A stretch of 39,370 nt of DNA, taken from positions 1 through 39,370 of the forward strand of contig JAUCBJ010002324.1 of NCBI GenBank assembly GCA_032718475.1. Reading direction: 5' to 3'. Below the pieces are notes generated by a model, which did no database searches, was not told the DNA's origin, and worked only from the letters and a program-made list of their open reading frames with translations. Of the stretch, positions 35,411-39,370 are shown in pieces. The first letter of the stretch is position 1, and each line of letters begins with the position of its first letter. Position numbers and translations under genes: made by a program. This DNA is from Nemertoderma westbladi (Eukaryota; Animalia; Xenacoelomorpha).

Positions 35411-36913
35411 GTATAGGTCTGAAAGTGAAAAGCTTATCTCATTTATATTGTATGTATATAGTATACTGATAGAATGCCAGATAGGAGGCTTACACCTAAC
35501 TTTTGTTAACCTATATGTTATGTGTACTCTTAATAGTCCAAAAGCTTTCGCCGATAACGATAAATGCGTTTGATATAAGTTTAACAGTTAGTAGACGCAG
35601 TTTTGTTGAAAAATTGTGTTGGAGATTTAGGATTTTTATGTAATAGAAAATAGTGTAAATCTACCTACTGGTGTAGTTTAGACTATAGAGAATGATCCCT
35701 GTAATGGTAAGATCCTTTAAACTTGTGGGCGAATTTGATAAGTTGTTTCTATGGAGACTTGGGAGATGAACGATAAAGATTATTAGATCCTTTGGTTCAA
35801 TGCGTTTCTATGGTGACCTAGAGGTGTGTCTCCAACTCAGATTGCTGATATTAAATTTACTGAGCACCTATTAGTGTGCTGGAGATATTATGGGTCTATG
35901 AATGAAATGATAAAATCAATTTTCTCAAACTGAAAAGCAAATGATTGTACATTCACTATGAATGACTGAAAACAAATATAGTGATTGTTATAATATTAAT
36001 ATAATCTTAAATATCGCACTTAACTTAAATACACCATAAAAATATAATATATAGCAGAGAGTACTGACAAAGTCGGAGGTCTCCGCACCGACGTAAAATA
36101 TAAATTCGATTCCGACTCCAACCATAATATCTCCTAAACCAAAAATATAAAAAAATTTAAAAAATGACTTCAGTAATGACGTGGGTTAATTTAATTAAAC
36201 GAGCATTGTCAGCAAATTCGTTCATTTTTGACTGAAGAAACCATCGTTTTGTTTTAAACAATGCTAAAATAATACGGAATTTTGGAGCTCGGAGTCCTGT
36301 TATTTGTTATAACATTATAATATAGATAGGCCTACTAAATATTAAGTTAAAGTGTTCTTAAAGGCCTTAGTAGTATTTATATGGTTTATATGCGAGACGT
36401 TTTATAATTCGAGTGACACTGTGACAGTATAAAATTGATAGTTCAATAATTAAGTTGTAGTGAGTAGTAAAGTATACCAGTGTCTATTATAGTATTATAT
36501 TAACCTCCATTGTGGTAATCAACAAGGATCTGTGTCTATAATAAATAATTGCAATACAAATTACATAATAAGTACAATAATTACATAATAATACAGGTTA
36601 TATTTTGCTAGTTTCCATGGATATATGACAACTGCTAATCCATTTTTATGGCGCCACCATTAAAAATATAGATGGTCATATTGACAATATATTTGGAATG
36701 TTTCATGATTTTAGCCCAAGGGGAACACGTATTTGGCATGGTTTAGAAAATTAATGATATTTGCAAAAATTCACCTAAATTTGCTGTAAAAACGACATAT
36801 AAAGACGTATTTCGAACAGTTGCCATGGTAACTGGGTTCTAAAATGTACCTCAATGGATTCTCTGATGCCGGTTTAAGGAGGGTAGGTCAAGGTTAAAAT
36901 TCTGTAGAGTCAA

Positions 36914-37080
36914 TAGAAAGTGGTGTTTTGCAAATGACTTCCTGTTGCCATGGTGAAACGGGACCCAAAAATTCACAATTGAGCTTGGCATCAGACGGAT
37001 TCGGAATCAGCACACTCGATTTAGCTTAAAAACGTTGGATGCCAGCCGTTACCCAAATTTGCCTTTGCCATCACTTTCTA
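36914..37080. mobile_element. Possible small MITE or DNA-transposon end remnant
   Basis: Inverted repeat TAGAAAGTGGTG / CATCACTTTCTA (11 of 12 matches). No target duplication seen. Confidence 0.3.
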
Positions 37081-37444
37081 GGCGTATTTTCAGGATTTGG
37101 AACAAGACTAATACGGCAAAAGGTTGCACATGATGAATACAGTGTTCTAGAATGTTTTATTACAAACCACACCCACATTGGTAAATTATTTATGAAATTT
37201 ATAACATTACAATGTTGGTAGTTTAGTGATTGGGGAATAAATAAATTAAGTGTGAAATAAAGTGCTGTATAACTTCATACTTTGTGAGTGGAAGAAGTGT
37301 CAATAATGTTAACAATGCAACATTATAAGATTAGTTCAGATGGTTATCGATAGTATACTAACTACAAACAGTAATTAGTAATTAGTCCACATTTAGGAGA
37401 TAGTCTATATTCCAGCACCGGATCTTTTTTTAATGAATTGTGTT

Positions 37445-38188
37445 CTAGAACTCTCGGAGAACTATTGCAATAATAATGGACCCAACCAGCTGACTCTTTA
37501 CCATTCTATTGATATTAGCCGAATTATTATCTGTTGTAACCGGGATGTTTTCCGTTGTGGTTGCGGGTGCTGTTTCCACCGTGGGTGCGGGTGTTGTTTC
37601 CGTTGTTGTGGGTGCGGGTGTTGTGGTTTTGTCGTGTTCCGGAGTAGGGCATGGGCCGGTGTCGCAACACTGCAACAGGCAATTAAAGTGTGTCATAGTG
37701 AGATTAATCTGAAGGTAGTTGTAATAGGACAGATAACCATAGAGATTGGTAGTGAACTCTTTCATTTCTGGGTCTGGATCAGGCTCAGTGTTTGGGAGGG
37801 AAACTGTGATCATATGGACACAGGCGTCTTCGCCAATCGCGAGACAGTGGTCTCGATATCCTTCAATGAAGCACAGGCCTGGCGATATCTTAAGAGTTAC
37901 ATCATCCTTGTATTCGTCGGACCACCCAGTGAATACCACTGATATGACTCCACATCGTACGCAATCAGGCCTTACTCCCAATCTATTTAATCTATTGCTT
38001 TCGAAAAACGTCTCTAGTCTGGCTTCGTATACATTTTGCAACTGGATATTTTTTGATGACACTGACCAAGTTAGTTCGATTGGGCATGTTAAGTTCTGTG
38101 AAGTTACATTGGTGATTTGAGTAGCTGCGAAATTGAATGTGACAAACAGTACAAAAATAATCACCCTTGAAGAGATGACATTTGACAT
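37445..38188 (-). CDS. Intronless secreted, probably GPI-anchored glycoprotein (247 aa from MSNVISS; an upstream in-frame start could extend it to 38257)
   Basis: Signal-peptide-like RVIIFVLFVTFNFAA, Cys-containing domain with several NxT sequons, Thr/Pro mucin-like stalk, hydrophobic C-terminal end with no cytoplasmic tail, and AATAAA on the minus strand at 37156-37161. Confidence 0.75.
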   Translation of the reverse strand: MSNVISSRVIIFVLFVTFNFAATQITNVTSQNLTCPIELTWSVSSKNIQLQNVYEARLETFFESNRLNRLGVRPDCVRCGVISVVFTGWSDEYKDDVTLKISPGLCFIEGYRDHCLAIGEDACVHMITVSLPNTEPDPDPEMKEFTTNLYGYLSYYNYLQINLTMTHFNCLLQCCDTGPCPTPEHDKTTTPAPTTTETTPAPTVETAPATTTENIPVTTDNNSANINRMVKSQLVGSIIIAIVLREF

Positions 38189-38519
38189 AACGACATTCCT
38201 ACACCATGTCGTGGAATATAGTGTATTCAGTGACCGACACAGATACACATAGTACAACGCATTATTAAGGAATTAAGCAACAAAAAGTAACAATTTAAGA
38301 ATAAAATTACATATTACATAGGAGAAAAACTTTGAACAGTTTTTGTCAATATTCTCTCAACCCTTTATTAACCTCAATGTGCTCGGTAAATAAAATACCG
38401 CGAGATTGCATTGGTGAGAAAAATAATACTTTTTTAAAGAAGAAAAAGACTACTTTTCTTATTTTCTCCAAGTAATAATCAATTATAAGTAGAACATGTA
38501 TGAGAATATATGAAAATAA

Positions 38520-39138
38520 AGAAAATATATGACAAGACACTACCTATAGAAACAGGGGACTTCACACTTGCCGAACTCCAAAGAAGCATTAAAAGCATGT
38601 CCAATAATAAAGCGAGTGGATTAGATGAAATCCCAGCGGAGGTATGGAAAACTGGAGTGCTAAACAGACCATTATTTAATGTTTGCAACCGGATAGCCTC
38701 TCCCCAAGAAAGGAGACCTCGGCATACCGACAAACTATCGTGGGATCTGTCTGCTTGTGGTAGCTGCCAAAATATACAATAAAATGATTCTATATAGAAT
38801 TAGGCCTCACATAGAGAAACTACTGCGTGCGTAAGAGCCAAAACGGATTTCGACCAAGTAGATCAACAATAGCTCAGATACTTGCACTACGGAGACTGAT
38901 TGAAGGAATTAAGTCAAAGAATCGCCCCGCAGTCATCACTTTTGTGGACTTCAAGAAGGCATTCGACTCCATCCATAGAGGCAAAATGCTTGAAATCCTA
39001 AGAGCTTATGGAATACCAGAAGTAATTGTTGCTAGCTGTAGTGACACAGAAGCGCAGGTACTCTCACCAGATGGTGAAACTGAGTTTTTCTCAATCCTGG
39101 CTGGCGTACTGCAAGGTGACACATTAGCACCATTACTA
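38520..39138 (+). mobile_element. 5'-truncated RTE-type LINE fragment (RT region), same family as the copy at 960-3480
   Basis: Motifs KASGLDEIPAEVWK, QNGFRPSRST, FVDFKKAFDSIHR and GVLQGDTLAP. Frameshifted. Confidence 0.88.
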
Positions 39139-39370
39139 TTCAATTTCAATTTCAATTTTATTTACTATCATCGTAAAAATACATCATACATCAGATCTGT
39201 TTATATTATAGACCCCATCATCACACTAATTTACATAATGTAAATCTGACAAAGTGTTGATGGTGCTGAAATGGGTTAATGTATAGTATGATAAAGATGA
39301 TAGCCTGGTTGGATGCAAATAGCATGTTGCTAGTGAACGCAGCCAACCAGTGAGATGTGAATCATGTAGG
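39139..39370 (-). mobile_element. Probable 3' end of another LINE inserted antisense into the RTE fragment
   Basis: The RT reading stops abruptly at (TTCAAT)3, which on the minus strand is AAATAAA followed by an (ATTGAA)n tail. Runs off the window edge. Confidence 0.5.

Noticed and set aside
37433-38120. Plus-strand Cys/Gly- and Val-rich ORFs
   Set aside because: Antisense shadows of the Thr/Pro-rich minus-strand gene.
960-39138. Two oppositely oriented RTE copies as the ends of a giant composite element
   Set aside because: They are clearly diverged, have different truncation points and share no target duplication, so they are independent insertions.

Overview
AT-rich eukaryotic DNA, most likely from an invertebrate animal, dominated by repeats. 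A 10-bp satellite (ATACCGAGCT/ATACGGAGCA) runs from about 5081 to 35410. It contains a solo LTR that was later copied by a ~4.4-kb tandem duplication, and it is split by an apparently full-length, decayed APE-RT LINE (19569-32770). That LINE holds a BEL/Pao LTR retrotransposon (21322-28728, GCATT target duplication, integrase deleted) and a ~1.6-kb Helentron-like insertion in its 3' UTR. The flanks hold two copies of an RTE-type LINE (one split by a piggyBac-type MITE, one cut by another LINE tail), DNA-transposon remnants, and one plausible intronless host gene for a secreted, probably GPI-anchored glycoprotein (37445-38188, minus strand). The most interesting object is the BEL element, for four reasons. 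(1) Instead of a tRNA primer-binding site it has a 12-nt sequence, 2 nt after the 5' LTR, that is perfectly complementary to a site inside its own LTR, which is Tf1-style self-priming geometry. (2) Its LTR carries an array of kink-turn/UUCG hairpins with compensatory base changes between copies. (3) A loop-E/GNRA hairpin occurs three times in the LTR and again inside gag. (4) A small upstream ORF is coupled to gag by an AUGA overlap. All calls are by eye, without database searches.
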